A DNA stretch of 53,265 nt from positions 1-53,265 of IMG/VR virus record IMGVR_UViG_3300050505_000145; one strand, 5' to 3'. Shown here piece after piece: positions 17,432 to 27,292 of this stretch (the stretch's first letter is position 1; every line of letters begins with the position of its first letter). The notes beneath the pieces were generated by a model that worked only from the letters and a program-made list of their open reading frames with translations, did not search any database and had not been told where the DNA came from. This DNA comes from a virus (Duplodnaviria; Caudoviricetes). A program made the position numbers and the translations under genes.

Positions 17432-18318
17432 TACGTTCCAACTGGCGCAGATGCTTGGCTCGTGATGATTCCTGCTGTATCAATCACGAGATATCGTTTG
17501 CCCGTAGCAGCGGAAGCAATTGCGTTCGCCAATGCCTTGATACCAGTAACACTCTGACCACCAAGCACCAACTGGTCAGACGCATTGATGTAAGGCAATT
17601 CGATGTAGCCACTTCCTGCTGCGTTGAGTTGCTTCGCCCAATAGTAGTTGTTTGCTGCGATCGTCATCAACGCGCTGTTGATGATCTGCATCTGGGCTTG
17701 CGACCACTTGAAGTATTGCGTTCCGTTCGGACCAAGATAACTGAAACCAACTGCTTGAATGTTGACGGTCGCATCGGTCAGATAACCGCCGTTCGTGCGA
17801 TTGATCTGAATCTGAATCGGACGGAAGCTAGCACCAGTCGCGTCGTAATACTGCCAGTGCGCTTCGATGAATGGACCAGGATTCCCACCACCTGGTGCGT
17901 AATATGGCTCGATGCGATATTCAAATGCTGGCTGCGTTTGGTCAGCACGACCACCACCTGGCGTCGTGTTGTAACCCATCGTGAAAACATGATTTCCACG
18001 ATTAGAATCTCCCGGATTGGCCACATAGCCAATACAGAAGTTGAAGTGACCAACAGCACCGTGGTCACCAATTTTCGCCTGAAGGAACTGACCAATGCCA
18101 GTGGCTGGAATCGGCAACTTCGGACCAGCAGTCCAACTGACACCATCGGAAGCAACGGTCGAGTCGCGTTGAAGAAGATATCCATCCGCTGCTGATTGGT
18201 TGTCGAACACTCGAGTCAGAAGATCTGCGATCGCGTTCCACTCTGACGGCTGCAACTTTGACAGATCAGTCGCAGGATCCGGCTTCGTCGAATGGAACAA
18301 AGCAGGAACTAAGGTCAT
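17431..18318 (-). CDS. fibre-like structural protein
   Basis: Start revised to 18318; HSTKPD...LQPSEWNA N-terminus; Gly/aromatic-rich body. Confidence 0.65.
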   Translation of the reverse strand: MTLVPALFHSTKPDPATDLSKLQPSEWNAIADLLTRVFDNQSAADGYLLQRDSTVASDGVSWTAGPKLPIPATGIGQFLQAKIGDHGAVGHFNFCIGYVANPGDSNRGNHVFTMGYNTTPGGGRADQTQPAFEYRIEPYYAPGGGNPGPFIEAHWQYYDATGASFRPIQIQINRTNGGYLTDATVNIQAVGFSYLGPNGTQYFKWSQAQMQIINSALMTIAANNYYWAKQLNAAGSGYIELPYINASDQLVLGGQSVTGIKALANAIASAATGKRYLVIDTAGIITSQASAPVGT

Positions 18319-18319
18319 G

Positions 18320-18778
18320 TTAGATCCACGAATTGTTGCCTGTATCAACCCAACCAGTATCGAACCACTCGATTCCTGGCTCTATCGTCGCATCGAAGTT
18401 GAACGCGATTCGCACTCGCTTTCCAGTCTCATCCAGTCCCATCGGGAACGGAGTTTGACGCATATGTGTATCGCGCCACTTGTGACCATTAACGATTGCG
18501 TTTCGAATCGGGAAGACCACGCTCCAAATCGCCCATGCTCTGGCGACCGCAAGATCAAACGATTCAGCACGGACCATCACTTGCATCGATGGTTTGATCC
18601 ATGCTGGTTGACTATAATCGTTGTGGATAAGTTCGGGAGCAGAGCCACCAGTTTCGACGAACGACGTAAAAGGACCAGCACCACCAGGAATGACTGCTTT
18701 CGGACCCTGAAAGAGATTTGTGCCGTAAGTCCCGAGATTGTTTTGTTGCACCAACTGAATGAAGTCCTCAGCAAACAT
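18320..18778 (-). CDS. tail terminator / minor capsid-type joining protein
   Basis: ETGG, PSMQVMVRA, PFPMGLDE..R..IAFNF; position after gp10-like gene. Confidence 0.75.
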   Translation of the reverse strand: MFAEDFIQLVQQNNLGTYGTNLFQGPKAVIPGGAGPFTSFVETGGSAPELIHNDYSQPAWIKPSMQVMVRAESFDLAVARAWAIWSVVFPIRNAIVNGHKWRDTHMRQTPFPMGLDETGKRVRIAFNFDATIEPGIEWFDTGWVDTGNNSWI

Positions 18779-18779
18779 C

Positions 18780-19172
18780 TCAGCCTTCGAACATCTTCGC
18801 CATGTTCAATCGTCGCGCAACACGATCTGCAAGATACGGAGCACTTTCACGCAGAGGATTCTCGATGTATTTCGGACCACCCACTGCGTGGAATGCATCA
18901 AGATCTTCGTGAACGATCAGTGCATAGTCATCTTGCGCAGGATCAGTCGCAACAAGTACATAGATCCGATTGCCTTCCTGCATCGGACCTTCGAGGTGAA
19001 TTCCGTCACGAAGATTTCCTGTATCGACAGGAGTCACTGCTTGGCATTCCGCGACTTCGATCAATCCTTCCTCTACCAGAGCATCAGCAAACTGTTGCGG
19101 AGCGACAACCATTGCTCGTCGCAAACCTCTCAACATTTTGCTGGCGTCGATCTTGAAGTCAACCTTAGCCAA
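18780..19172 (-). CDS. HK97 gp10-like tail completion protein
   Basis: TPVDTGNLR, YALIVHE, KYIENPL. Confidence 0.85.
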   Translation of the reverse strand: MAKVDFKIDASKMLRGLRRAMVVAPQQFADALVEEGLIEVAECQAVTPVDTGNLRDGIHLEGPMQEGNRIYVLVATDPAQDDYALIVHEDLDAFHAVGGPKYIENPLRESAPYLADRVARRLNMAKMFEG

Positions 19173-19527
19173 GAAACACCTGTGTCAGCACAGGAAGAGT
19201 CGCACTTGATTCAACATACGGACCTGACATGTCAAGAATCGGGCCAGTCGTTCCATCTGGCAACGTGATCCGATCCTGATCGTTGACGATCACAGTCGGA
19301 TCCAGAAACGTCACTGATGCTCGACTCACCGTGAGTTCGCCTTCGGCAGTTCGTACTTGACGTCGTTCCCAATTGACAATCGCTGGCCGATGAACAGGAG
19401 CAGCGAAAGTATGGTCGCCAGATCCTGTTTCACCAGTGTACGATTCGTGAATTACCGTTGGTTGCATGTCACTCGTCAGACTGTTCGCCACTCCGACGAG
19501 CTTACGGATTGCCGTCCCGAGTCCCAC
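19165..19527 (-). CDS. head closure / head-tail joining protein
   Basis: Start revised to GTG 19527 (GGAGG SD); DRITLPDG motif. Confidence 0.7.
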   Translation of the reverse strand: MGLGTAIRKLVGVANSLTSDMQPTVIHESYTGETGSGDHTFAAPVHRPAIVNWERRQVRTAEGELTVSRASVTFLDPTVIVNDQDRITLPDGTTGPILDMSGPYVESSATLPVLTQVFLG

Positions 19528-20107
19528 CCATTGCCTCCAGAACGAATGGACGACGAACCATTGGACGCTTATACCACGATGGCACAAGAAGTTGTCGAAC
19601 GAGATCCGGAACAGCAGCTGATTTCCACTGATATTCCGGACCTGTTTCAAGATTGTCTGCGTCGCGAAGATCGATTGAACTGCCTTTCGCACCACTATCG
19701 GAGAAGCGGAGATTGACCGGACCCGCACCCAATCCGGTGAGACCGAACTTGCGAATCGCATCATCCTCAGTTCGATCTTCGTCAATCATCTGCAAACTAA
19801 ATTCAGCAGTCGCGTTCTTGAGTTCAACCGGAAGAGTCATCGTGCCAATTGCTCGACCATTCCGATTGACTTGACCTTGCATCGGCCACGGAAGTGCTTG
19901 CGCATCGGTTGTAGGAATGCCAGTCCAGACGAAATAAGCGTTGATCGCGCGAGTTCCTTCGATTGCCGCAACAGTGAGAACAGCATCACTTGCTGCTGCA
20001 ACTGCTGCAGAGACGTGACTCTTTGTAGCAATGTAGTCCTTGAACTCCTGCAGAGTGATGTAACTGTTTGCAGAAGCGCCAGCAGGAGTTGCGTCAATTG
20101 TTGGCAT
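19502..20107 (-). CDS. head-tail connector (DnaT-like family)
   Basis: ANSYITL, QALPWP, LPVELKNATAE motifs. Confidence 0.8.
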   Translation of the reverse strand: MPTIDATPAGASANSYITLQEFKDYIATKSHVSAAVAAASDAVLTVAAIEGTRAINAYFVWTGIPTTDAQALPWPMQGQVNRNGRAIGTMTLPVELKNATAEFSLQMIDEDRTEDDAIRKFGLTGLGAGPVNLRFSDSGAKGSSIDLRDADNLETGPEYQWKSAAVPDLVRQLLVPSWYKRPMVRRPFVLEAMGGTRDGNP

Positions 20108-20114
20108 ACGCTAA

Positions 20115-20147
20115 GGGAGTCAACGATCTCGCACGTCGTTGACTCCC
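20115..20147 (-). terminator. 12-bp hairpin after the capsid genes (terminator/attenuator)
   Basis: GGGAGTCAACGA/TCGTTGACTCCC; no long U-tract. Confidence 0.5.
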
Positions 20148-20154
20148 ATTCCTC

Positions 20155-20736
20155 CTACAACCGCTGAGCGGTGCCAGCGGGATCCGCAGTGATCGTCCCG
20201 TGAGAGTAGTCCTCCGTTGCGATCCGCTGGAGGCCAGCACCGACGCCAGCTGCCTTGGCTTCCGCAGAAGCCTTGTCGGCCTGTGCCCGAAGCGACTCTT
20301 CGGATGGTTCGACAGTCTTCGCTGCCTCGATTCGAGCACGCTCGTTCGCGGAACGAGGCTTGAACTCGTCCTTGTCGTCGACAGCTTCGAACTTGTCGCG
20401 AAAGGCACGAGCCTGATGCTCGTTGAGATGGACGACCTCGCCGGGGAGGATGAGTCCACGACCAGCTTCGAAGTGACTGCCGAAACCGTCCTTGAGACGA
20501 AACGCCTTCGTCTTCGGTTCCTGCGGCTGCTCACCGACGTGGCCCATTCCCGACGAACCACGATCTTCCATGCCGGCACGCGACGACGTCTGGCTTTCGC
20601 GAGAAGCCTTCGCGTCCTTCTCGGCTGCCTCGCGAGCAGCCTTCTCCGATGCTTCCTTCGCAGCAGCCTCCTTCGCCGGATCGGGATTCTTGTCGCCGAC
20701 AGTGGCAGGCGGCGACGAATTCTTGGCTTCGGTCAT
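20155..20736 (-). CDS. Ala/Glu/Lys-rich hypothetical protein
   Basis: Start revised to 20736 (GGGAGG SD), directly after the capsid gene. Confidence 0.7.
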   Translation of the reverse strand: MTEAKNSSPPATVGDKNPDPAKEAAAKEASEKAAREAAEKDAKASRESQTSSRAGMEDRGSSGMGHVGEQPQEPKTKAFRLKDGFGSHFEAGRGLILPGEVVHLNEHQARAFRDKFEAVDDKDEFKPRSANERARIEAAKTVEPSEESLRAQADKASAEAKAAGVGAGLQRIATEDYSHGTITADPAGTAQRL

Positions 20737-20746
20737 GATTCCTCCC

Positions 20747-21781
20747 CTACGACATGTGGACGATGCCCGACCGCGCGTTGATGTCCGCACGAACGAGCGG
20801 GACGCCGATCTGGAACGCCTTGAAGTTGATGTGGAACCCACCCTGGATATCCCACTGAACAGTCTGGAGCGGTTCGCCCTGGACCCAGACCACAGTGTCC
20901 TCGGACATCTGGACCAGAACGACGTTGTTCGCCGGCAACTGATCGACGACCTGAATCTTCTGCAGTCCGTCAATCTGAAGCAAACGCTGGCGAATCGTGA
21001 GCGTCGAGTTCGCCTTGAAGTCGGCATCAAGACCGACGTTCGAGTTCCGTGGAACGTAGAGAACCCACGGACCATACTGACGAGCAGTGACCGACGCACT
21101 GATCATCGCCAGCACGTCGTTCAGGATGTCGGTTCCGGTCTTCGCAGCCTGAACCCAGTTGCCGTTCGTGCCGAACGTCATCGTGTTGCGATTCGGGTGG
21201 GTGGTGTATCCGTAGATCGGAACACCGACGAACACCTTGCCACCCTGGAATAGCATCTGCTCGGCCATCTGACCGACGACCGTGCCGGCGATGCGCGAAC
21301 CAGCAGTGTCAAGCGGTTCGCCACGCGTCCGCGACGCTGTGAGCGTCCGAAGGTTCAGATACCAGTCCTTGTGAGTGATCGGGAGAGGCAGCGAAGCGAG
21401 TTCGAACTCGAGCCGATCCATCTCGGTTCGAGTGACGCCATCCATGGAGACCGTCGCCGGATCCATGAATCCCATCTTCTCGTACGAGAGGAGCGTCTTG
21501 CCGAGTGAATTCGCAACCGGCCTCACGAGACCGGCGGAGATGAGATCGGCGACCCCACGAAGCTGGATCGTTGCGGCCTGGACGATCGACTGATCGAAGA
21601 TACGCCACTCATCCGCGAGCAACGTATCGTTGGTCCGGAGAACAGAAGCATTCAGTGGCCGACCTTCGGCCGCTGCACGCGCCATCTGCTCTCCTGCCCA
21701 CCGACCACTGGCCGCGTTGTAGAACACGCGGCCCTCGTCGACTCCGCCTCCACTCAAGTCGTGGGAAGCGATTCCTTCCAT
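20747..21781 (-). CDS. major capsid protein (HK97 fold, linocin_M18/encapsulin-like family)
   Basis: PLPITHKDW, IYGYTTHPNR, YGPWVLYV motifs; head-module position; strong codon bias. Confidence 0.9.
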   Translation of the reverse strand: MEGIASHDLSGGGVDEGRVFYNAASGRWAGEQMARAAAEGRPLNASVLRTNDTLLADEWRIFDQSIVQAATIQLRGVADLISAGLVRPVANSLGKTLLSYEKMGFMDPATVSMDGVTRTEMDRLEFELASLPLPITHKDWYLNLRTLTASRTRGEPLDTAGSRIAGTVVGQMAEQMLFQGGKVFVGVPIYGYTTHPNRNTMTFGTNGNWVQAAKTGTDILNDVLAMISASVTARQYGPWVLYVPRNSNVGLDADFKANSTLTIRQRLLQIDGLQKIQVVDQLPANNVVLVQMSEDTVVWVQGEPLQTVQWDIQGGFHINFKAFQIGVPLVRADINARSGIVHMS

Positions 21782-21817
21782 CTGATCTTCTCCTCTTCTA
21801 GCGCGGAATCGCGCTTC

Positions 21818-22270
21818 CTAGATGATCTCGGCGCGGATGAACGATTCGGCGCCGAGTGCTCCACCAGACGACTCGAGCGAACGAGCGAGAATGACTCCGG
21901 TCGTGAACTTGCGGAGTGTTCCGTCACCGGCCGACTCGAGCTTGTCGCCGGCAACGATGTTCACACCAGCTGCGCATCGCACGTTGACACGCATGCCAGG
22001 AGCGAACGAACCGATCTTGACCGTGTCGCCAACGGCATAGTTCGCCGCCGGAGCATAGACCGACTTGTGCGAATCGTCGACGCCAGCACCCATCTCGTCA
22101 CGTTCGAGTGCGAAAGTGCGCTGGCAAAGACCTCCGGCCACCGCGTGCGGTGCAACCGACGTGACTCCGTCAACGAGATGTCCCGGCTTGATGGTCGCCG
22201 AGGCAACGCCGTCCTCGTTGATGATCGGTTCTCCTCGAAGAACGATCACTCGCTTGTTGGCAACCGCCAT
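21818..22270 (-). CDS. capsid decoration / cement protein
   Basis: IKPGHLV, YAVGDTV, GDKLESAGDGTL; directly upstream of the capsid gene. Confidence 0.75.
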   Translation of the reverse strand: MAVANKRVIVLRGEPIINEDGVASATIKPGHLVDGVTSVAPHAVAGGLCQRTFALERDEMGAGVDDSHKSVYAPAANYAVGDTVKIGSFAPGMRVNVRCAAGVNIVAGDKLESAGDGTLRKFTTGVILARSLESSGGALGAESFIRAEII

Positions 22271-22300
22271 TGCATGCTCTCCTTTCTGCTGAGGACGACG

Positions 22301-24433
22301 TTACTTCGTCGCCTGGTTTCCGTTACCTGCCGACTTCGCCGGCAGACCATCGCGTGCACGAATCGCGTCTTCGAGACTCGGCGGAGCCGGGACCGTGTTC
22401 TGCTTCGCGTCGCGCGGGACGCCAGCGCCACGACCGGAGTAGTCGACCGGAGCTGCTGTCGACTTGACGAGCTTGTCAAGGTTCTCGAGCTCCTCGATCG
22501 ACATCGTCTTGAGTTTGTCCTCGGAATAGACGGACTGTGCCGTCTTGAGACCGGCGACGAGCTCGTCCTTCTTCTTCTGATCCGCAGTCTTCTGCCGCGA
22601 GACCATATCGCGAATCGACGCCGGAGCGGTCTTGAGCCACTCTTCTTCGGTCTGAGGCTGCTTCGCTGCTTCGTCGGCCGCTGCCTTGTCGGCTGCCGCC
22701 TTGTCCGCTGCTGCCTTCTCGTCGGCAGCTTTCTTGTCCGCCGCTGCCTTGAGATCGTTGGCCTGCTTCTCGAACGTCTCGAGAAGACCATCCGACGCCG
22801 CCTCGAGCACCTTCGGCTCCTTGACGGTGTTGTGGGGATGCGCGAGCAACGCCTTGATCCTTTCTGCCCTTGTCATGCTGTCTCCCTTCGCGGCTCCACA
22901 GCCGCATCCATGCTCCGCAGCCGCTCTCGGAGCAGCACATTCTGCACCGAGCTTGACGGAGTTGTCGTGCATACTCTGAATTGCTTCCTGATCTTTCTTC
23001 GAGTGTCGAGCTCCCTTGGCGTAACGAGGATCTTCGTTCCCATTGGCGTTCATCTCTTCGAGCATGTCCTCAAGCAACATGCCAGAACAGATGTCGCCAA
23101 TGCCGTAGACGGCGGACATCATCTGCGAGCAGTAGCTGAGAAGCGAACGCACTCGCGCATTCTCGACTTCCTCCTCAGCATCCTCCTGAGCAGCAGTCTC
23201 GGTCGGATTCTCCTGCTCGTCAGCAATGAGATCGGCGATGAGTTTTTTCGCCGACGCAGCATTGGTGGTGACCTGGTCAATCAGGCCAGAGAGAGTGTTG
23301 TACTGAATGAGTTCGGCTGCTTCCTCAGCAGCTGCCTCTTCAGGTGAATCCTGCAGACCGACGAGCACGGCCGCAAGATTCTTGATCCGTTCGCGGAAGG
23401 TCTTGCGCTTGTCATCGGCCATTGAAGCTCCTTGCGCACTTCGTTTGTCCGCTTGTTTTTCGTGGTGGTACATCATCCGTCGATGATATTTCGCTGCTTG
23501 TTCATGATGATTGATTGCTTCAGTCTTGCTTCCTTCTTTACTGCTTTTCACAGCTTCTTTGCTGTGATCAGCAGCTGAAGCATTATCATCATGACCACCA
23601 AGAGAACCAGTTCCTTTGGAAGTCTTCACAGCATCTTGTGTAACAGAATTCGCTTCTTTCGTCGATACAGCAGCATTCGGGCTTCCATTTGCATGGTCTT
23701 GAGAAGCTTGCTCGTGAGCTTCTGCAGCATCTTTATGAGCACGAGCAGCATCTTTATGACCAGCTTTGGTATCACCACTTGGGTGAGGTCCGCTACCTGG
23801 TCCTCCTGCTGTAATCAACGACATTCCTTTCGCCGTCACCAGATGGACCATCGCGTTTCGTGGCGTTCCGCATCCCATGGCGACGGAACACGCACCGATG
23901 TCACCTTCGGGAAGCAACGCCAGATGATCTGGAACGATAGATCGCCAAATCGCATTGTATCGCTTTCCGTTGTAGGTTCCTGCTTTCTCCTCAGCAACCA
24001 CGTAGCAACCGACCGAGACTTCGATCGTTTCGCCTCGCTTGATTCGCTCGAGGATTCGAAGTGCGTCATCGCCGACTTCCTTCGCGCGATCGGGATCCAA
24101 CCACGCTTCCATCTCGAGCTTGCGGTCCTTGGCCTCGGCATTGAACACAAGACCGAACGCGTGCTGCTCGAGTGTTCGTGGTGTATTGCCTGAGACTTGA
24201 GTTCCGCCGTCCTCTGGATGGCCAGCGAACGTCGGTCGTCCGTTCCATCCTTGAGGAGCCATGTGGAATTCCTCCGCGAGCACGAGCTCGGGAGTTTCCG
24301 CATTGATGGGATAGATGACACCTTCGACGAGAGCAACGACCGGCACCACCACGTGTTCCTTCTTCTGGAACACAGCAGTCCTGATGGTTCCCGTCGCACC
24401 TCGGAGATGCAGATTGCGAAGCACTCGTTTCAT
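22301..24433 (-). CDS. DUF2213-type prohead protease fused to scaffold
   Basis: GHP, EVSVG, PDHLALLP..GACS...GCG; helical acidic C-terminus; SD-preceded internal ATGs at 23422 and 22876. Confidence 0.82.
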   Translation of the reverse strand: MKRVLRNLHLRGATGTIRTAVFQKKEHVVVPVVALVEGVIYPINAETPELVLAEEFHMAPQGWNGRPTFAGHPEDGGTQVSGNTPRTLEQHAFGLVFNAEAKDRKLEMEAWLDPDRAKEVGDDALRILERIKRGETIEVSVGCYVVAEEKAGTYNGKRYNAIWRSIVPDHLALLPEGDIGACSVAMGCGTPRNAMVHLVTAKGMSLITAGGPGSGPHPSGDTKAGHKDAARAHKDAAEAHEQASQDHANGSPNAAVSTKEANSVTQDAVKTSKGTGSLGGHDDNASAADHSKEAVKSSKEGSKTEAINHHEQAAKYHRRMMYHHEKQADKRSAQGASMADDKRKTFRERIKNLAAVLVGLQDSPEEAAAEEAAELIQYNTLSGLIDQVTTNAASAKKLIADLIADEQENPTETAAQEDAEEEVENARVRSLLSYCSQMMSAVYGIGDICSGMLLEDMLEEMNANGNEDPRYAKGARHSKKDQEAIQSMHDNSVKLGAECAAPRAAAEHGCGCGAAKGDSMTRAERIKALLAHPHNTVKEPKVLEAASDGLLETFEKQANDLKAAADKKAADEKAAADKAAADKAAADEAAKQPQTEEEWLKTAPASIRDMVSRQKTADQKKKDELVAGLKTAQSVYSEDKLKTMSIEELENLDKLVKSTAAPVDYSGRGAGVPRDAKQNTVPAPPSLEDAIRARDGLPAKSAGNGNQATK

Positions 24434-24576
24434 ACTGCTCGTCCTTGCAGAAGACGAATGAGAATCACGATGATAACAACCAGCAAGAGAAGATGGATCG
24501 CACTTCCCACTCCATAGGCGAAACCACCTGCCCAGAGAATGAGAAGAATGATCAGCAGTGCAATGATCGGATCCAT
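24430..24576 (-). CDS. 48-aa membrane protein, lmo0937/DUF5670-like
   Basis: Not in ORF track; MDPIIALLIILLILWAGGFAYGVGSAIHLLLLVVIIVILIRLLQGRAV; GAGG SD; ATGA overlap. Confidence 0.75.
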   Translation of the reverse strand: MDPIIALLIILLILWAGGFAYGVGSAIHLLLLVVIIVILIRLLQGRAV

Positions 24577-24583
24577 AACAGCC

Positions 24584-25354
24584 TCACGGGATGTTGGTTC
24601 CCGTTAACGCGATGTACATCGAACCTTGCGAGAAGTTCGTGACAGTTCCGTTGCCGATGTTGCCAGTGCCGGACGTCATGCGCAACACGATATTCGTCGA
24701 CGCGGTCCACGACGGAAGATCACCGATTTCGGTCGGAGTCGTTGATGGTGCCAACGAAGCACCCAATTGTGCAGCTGTGGTTCCGAACTGACCAGTCGCT
24801 GCATCAGCATCGACCGATAGCAGATATTGGTTGCCACCCGCAGTCTTGCCGATCACGAACGACAGTGTCGACGTCGTGCAAACTGACGCACACGCGAACG
24901 TCGTCGTAAGATCAACCATCACGTGCTGCACAAACGTCCGCGGATTAGTGGTAAAGATCGTGACGTCACATGTTACGGCAGCACAGACAAACGCAGTTCG
25001 GTCAACAGTTTCGGCGATCGTGAACGTGCGCGAAGTTGGTGTTGCATTCGCATTCGGTGAAATCGCGCCACCAGCACCAAATCCGAATCCTGTTGACGAT
25101 GGAAAGATATTGCCGGCCTGAATGTTTCCACCAGCAATAATGCTCCCACCAAGATACATATGCCGTGGTCGAGTTGCACCACTAGCACCAATGTCGTAGA
25201 TGTTGTCTGGTGAGAAAGTAAGTGGCTGATTCAATGGCGACGAGATGCCATTGTTTCGAGCACCACCACCATTCAATCGCTGTGCAATTGCCGGCGCGAT
25301 GGCAATACCGAGAATCGCGATTGCGATCGAGATCTTCAGTTGCAAACGATCCAT
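24584..25354 (-). CDS. signal-peptide-bearing beta-rich protein
   Basis: Start revised to 25354; ISIAIAILGIAIAPAIAQ signal; YDIGASGATRPR motif seen in fibre proteins. Confidence 0.7.
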   Translation of the reverse strand: MDRLQLKISIAIAILGIAIAPAIAQRLNGGGARNNGISSPLNQPLTFSPDNIYDIGASGATRPRHMYLGGSIIAGGNIQAGNIFPSSTGFGFGAGGAISPNANATPTSRTFTIAETVDRTAFVCAAVTCDVTIFTTNPRTFVQHVMVDLTTTFACASVCTTSTLSFVIGKTAGGNQYLLSVDADAATGQFGTTAAQLGASLAPSTTPTEIGDLPSWTASTNIVLRMTSGTGNIGNGTVTNFSQGSMYIALTGTNIP

Positions 25355-25773
25355 GTGCTCACCGTTCCGCCAACGATGGCGGTTGAGATTCGCGTGCGAA
25401 CGGCACGATGAACGCCAGTAATCTGATAGACGTCTTCTTTGTTCGCAGCAGTCCAGCTGACCACCTGCTCCGATGCCCAAGTGCCAGCGAATGCATCCTG
25501 ATCGGCAGTCTCGATCGTGACCGCACCGGCGGACGTGCCGGTGCTCCAGATCACGTAGACAGCAGTCTCGCGACACCGAACCATGTCAGCAGCGGACGCG
25601 ACGACCGACGTTCCGCCAGCTGATTGGGCATTCAGCAGCTGCGCATTGACACGATTGTCTTCCACCGCTCGAAGTCGGTCAACAGACGACAGGAAGAAGA
25701 CATTGATGAGAGTGACCACCACTGCGATGGTCAGTGGAATGAAATCCAGTGCTCGTAAGATCTTCTTCAACAT
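25336..25773 (-). CDS. N-terminal TM protein with small beta domain
   Basis: Start revised to 25773 (AGGAGG SD). Confidence 0.7.
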   Translation of the reverse strand: MLKKILRALDFIPLTIAVVVTLINVFFLSSVDRLRAVEDNRVNAQLLNAQSAGGTSVVASAADMVRCRETAVYVIWSTGTSAGAVTIETADQDAFAGTWASEQVVSWTAANKEDVYQITGVHRAVRTRISTAIVGGTVSTWIVCN

Positions 25774-25781
25774 CCTTCCTC

Positions 25782-27062
25782 CTATACGATCGGATATCCG
25801 ACCGCACCAGTGTCGCCTGGCTTCAGATCCACCACCGTATCCGGTGCGAACGTCGTTGCTTTCACGGCATCCCAACCCGACGCACCACCATCGATCTTGA
25901 CTCCGTATTTCGTAACCGGGAGCACTGCGTTCCGGACGGTCAGACCAACTGGTGGTTTGATGAAATAGAATTGAGCCTGCAGATTCTTTCCAGCTGCCGT
26001 GAACCCATCGATCGTGACTTTCTGCGGACCCTTGTTGAACAAGAAGATCCGACCCTGTCCCTTCCAGGGACCAGTGGGATCAAGATCCGATGCCATCACG
26101 TTGCGGATGGTGATGTCCATGAGCGGACCAGACGGATTCGTATCGTCCTGCCCAAGCAGATTAAACGCACCACCACCGAATCGCATGAGGCAACGTTCGA
26201 GTAGAACTCGTTGAACCGATGAGAACGGAGCCGTGTTGTTCTGGTTCCGTGGTGTGAGCAAGCAGACATATCCGGTGGATCCACCAGAGATTCCTGCATA
26301 TTCCATCACGGTATCCTGAACGGTCACGTCGACAGCATTCTTCAGCTCGAGCGCCGTCTTAATCTGGGCTCCGAGAGTGTACCAGTTGGGGTTCTTGGAG
26401 AGGATGCACTTTTGAATCTGGATCTTCTGTGGTGTTCGCGAAGGGTTAGCAGGATCAGCACCGCCAAAGAGAATAGACTGAGCACCACCACCGAGATAAC
26501 TGTTGTTGACCAAGAGGCCATTAGTTCCATCCCAGCCGCCGATGGCAGCGGCATCACGACCGACGAGCCAACACTCGTCGATGAATGAATCAGTGATAAT
26601 GGCGTCAGTGCCGTGAGGACAGAATCCACGATGCTGACCTTTCGCTGGGTCGCCGATGCTGACACACTGTTCGAAGACGAACCGGAGACCGTTGTCCACA
26701 ACAATGGTCTGCTGCGGATCGGTCGATTTAAAGCACATACCACGGAAGATTGCGTCCGTGGCCTTGTTGGTCAGAGTCTGACCAGAACTAATGATCGTGA
26801 CGGGACAGAGATTCGGTGTGATACGACCTGGTGGCAGGATGAGATTGCTTTCCCACGTCAGACGCTTCGTGGAGTTCAGCACTCCGTTGTAGGTTCCGGG
26901 TTCGAGTTGAAGTGTTGACCCTTCGGGTGCTGAATCATGGACCGATTGAAGAAGAGCACCAGCAGTAACCGGAATGATATTGTTCGTCGGCGGAGGTGGC
27001 GGTGGTGCTTGGAGTTCAACCAGAGCTTGTTGTAGCAGTTGGATCGCTTTGTCGACGCTCAT
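25782..27062 (-). CDS. right-handed beta-helix (pectin lyase-like) protein, candidate depolymerase
   Basis: LQLEPGTY, ILFGGADP, KTALELKNA, LTPRNQ, FNLLGQD. Confidence 0.75.
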   Translation of the reverse strand: MSVDKAIQLLQQALVELQAPPPPPPTNNIIPVTAGALLQSVHDSAPEGSTLQLEPGTYNGVLNSTKRLTWESNLILPPGRITPNLCPVTIISSGQTLTNKATDAIFRGMCFKSTDPQQTIVVDNGLRFVFEQCVSIGDPAKGQHRGFCPHGTDAIITDSFIDECWLVGRDAAAIGGWDGTNGLLVNNSYLGGGAQSILFGGADPANPSRTPQKIQIQKCILSKNPNWYTLGAQIKTALELKNAVDVTVQDTVMEYAGISGGSTGYVCLLTPRNQNNTAPFSSVQRVLLERCLMRFGGGAFNLLGQDDTNPSGPLMDITIRNVMASDLDPTGPWKGQGRIFLFNKGPQKVTIDGFTAAGKNLQAQFYFIKPPVGLTVRNAVLPVTKYGVKIDGGASGWDAVKATTFAPDTVVDLKPGDTGAVGYPIV

Positions 27063-27292
27063 GATTCCTTCAGATAAACATCAGCAGCAGCACGCACTGC
27101 TTCGATTGATTTCCGACTTTCACGAGTGAAGCCACCAACACCATCTGGCCAGATTTGCGTGTTGGCACCCTTGAGCATTGCTGACTGCTGACATGCAAGA
27201 ACAAGGTAAGCGAATGCTTCTTCCGGCATGTTGATCAATTCAATCAGCAACGGTCGCCGACGGAGATCGATGTAAACGACTTCTTCCATCAC
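27059..27292 (-). CDS. hypothetical protein
   Basis: 4-nt overlaps with both neighbours. Confidence 0.6.
   Translation of the reverse strand: MMEEVVYIDLRRRPLLIELINMPEEAFAYLVLACQQSAMLKGANTQIWPDGVGGFTRESRKSIEAVRAAADVYLKES

Noticed and set aside
20747-21781. Encapsulin or bacteriocin
   Set aside because: Lies between protease/decoration and head-tail genes, so it is the phage capsid protein
22670-22750. Repeated gctgcc/ttgtc units
   Set aside because: Encode AAADK repeats in the scaffold region
21761-23347. 528-aa plus-strand ORF and other long antisense ORFs
   Set aside because: Shadow frames of codon-biased structural genes
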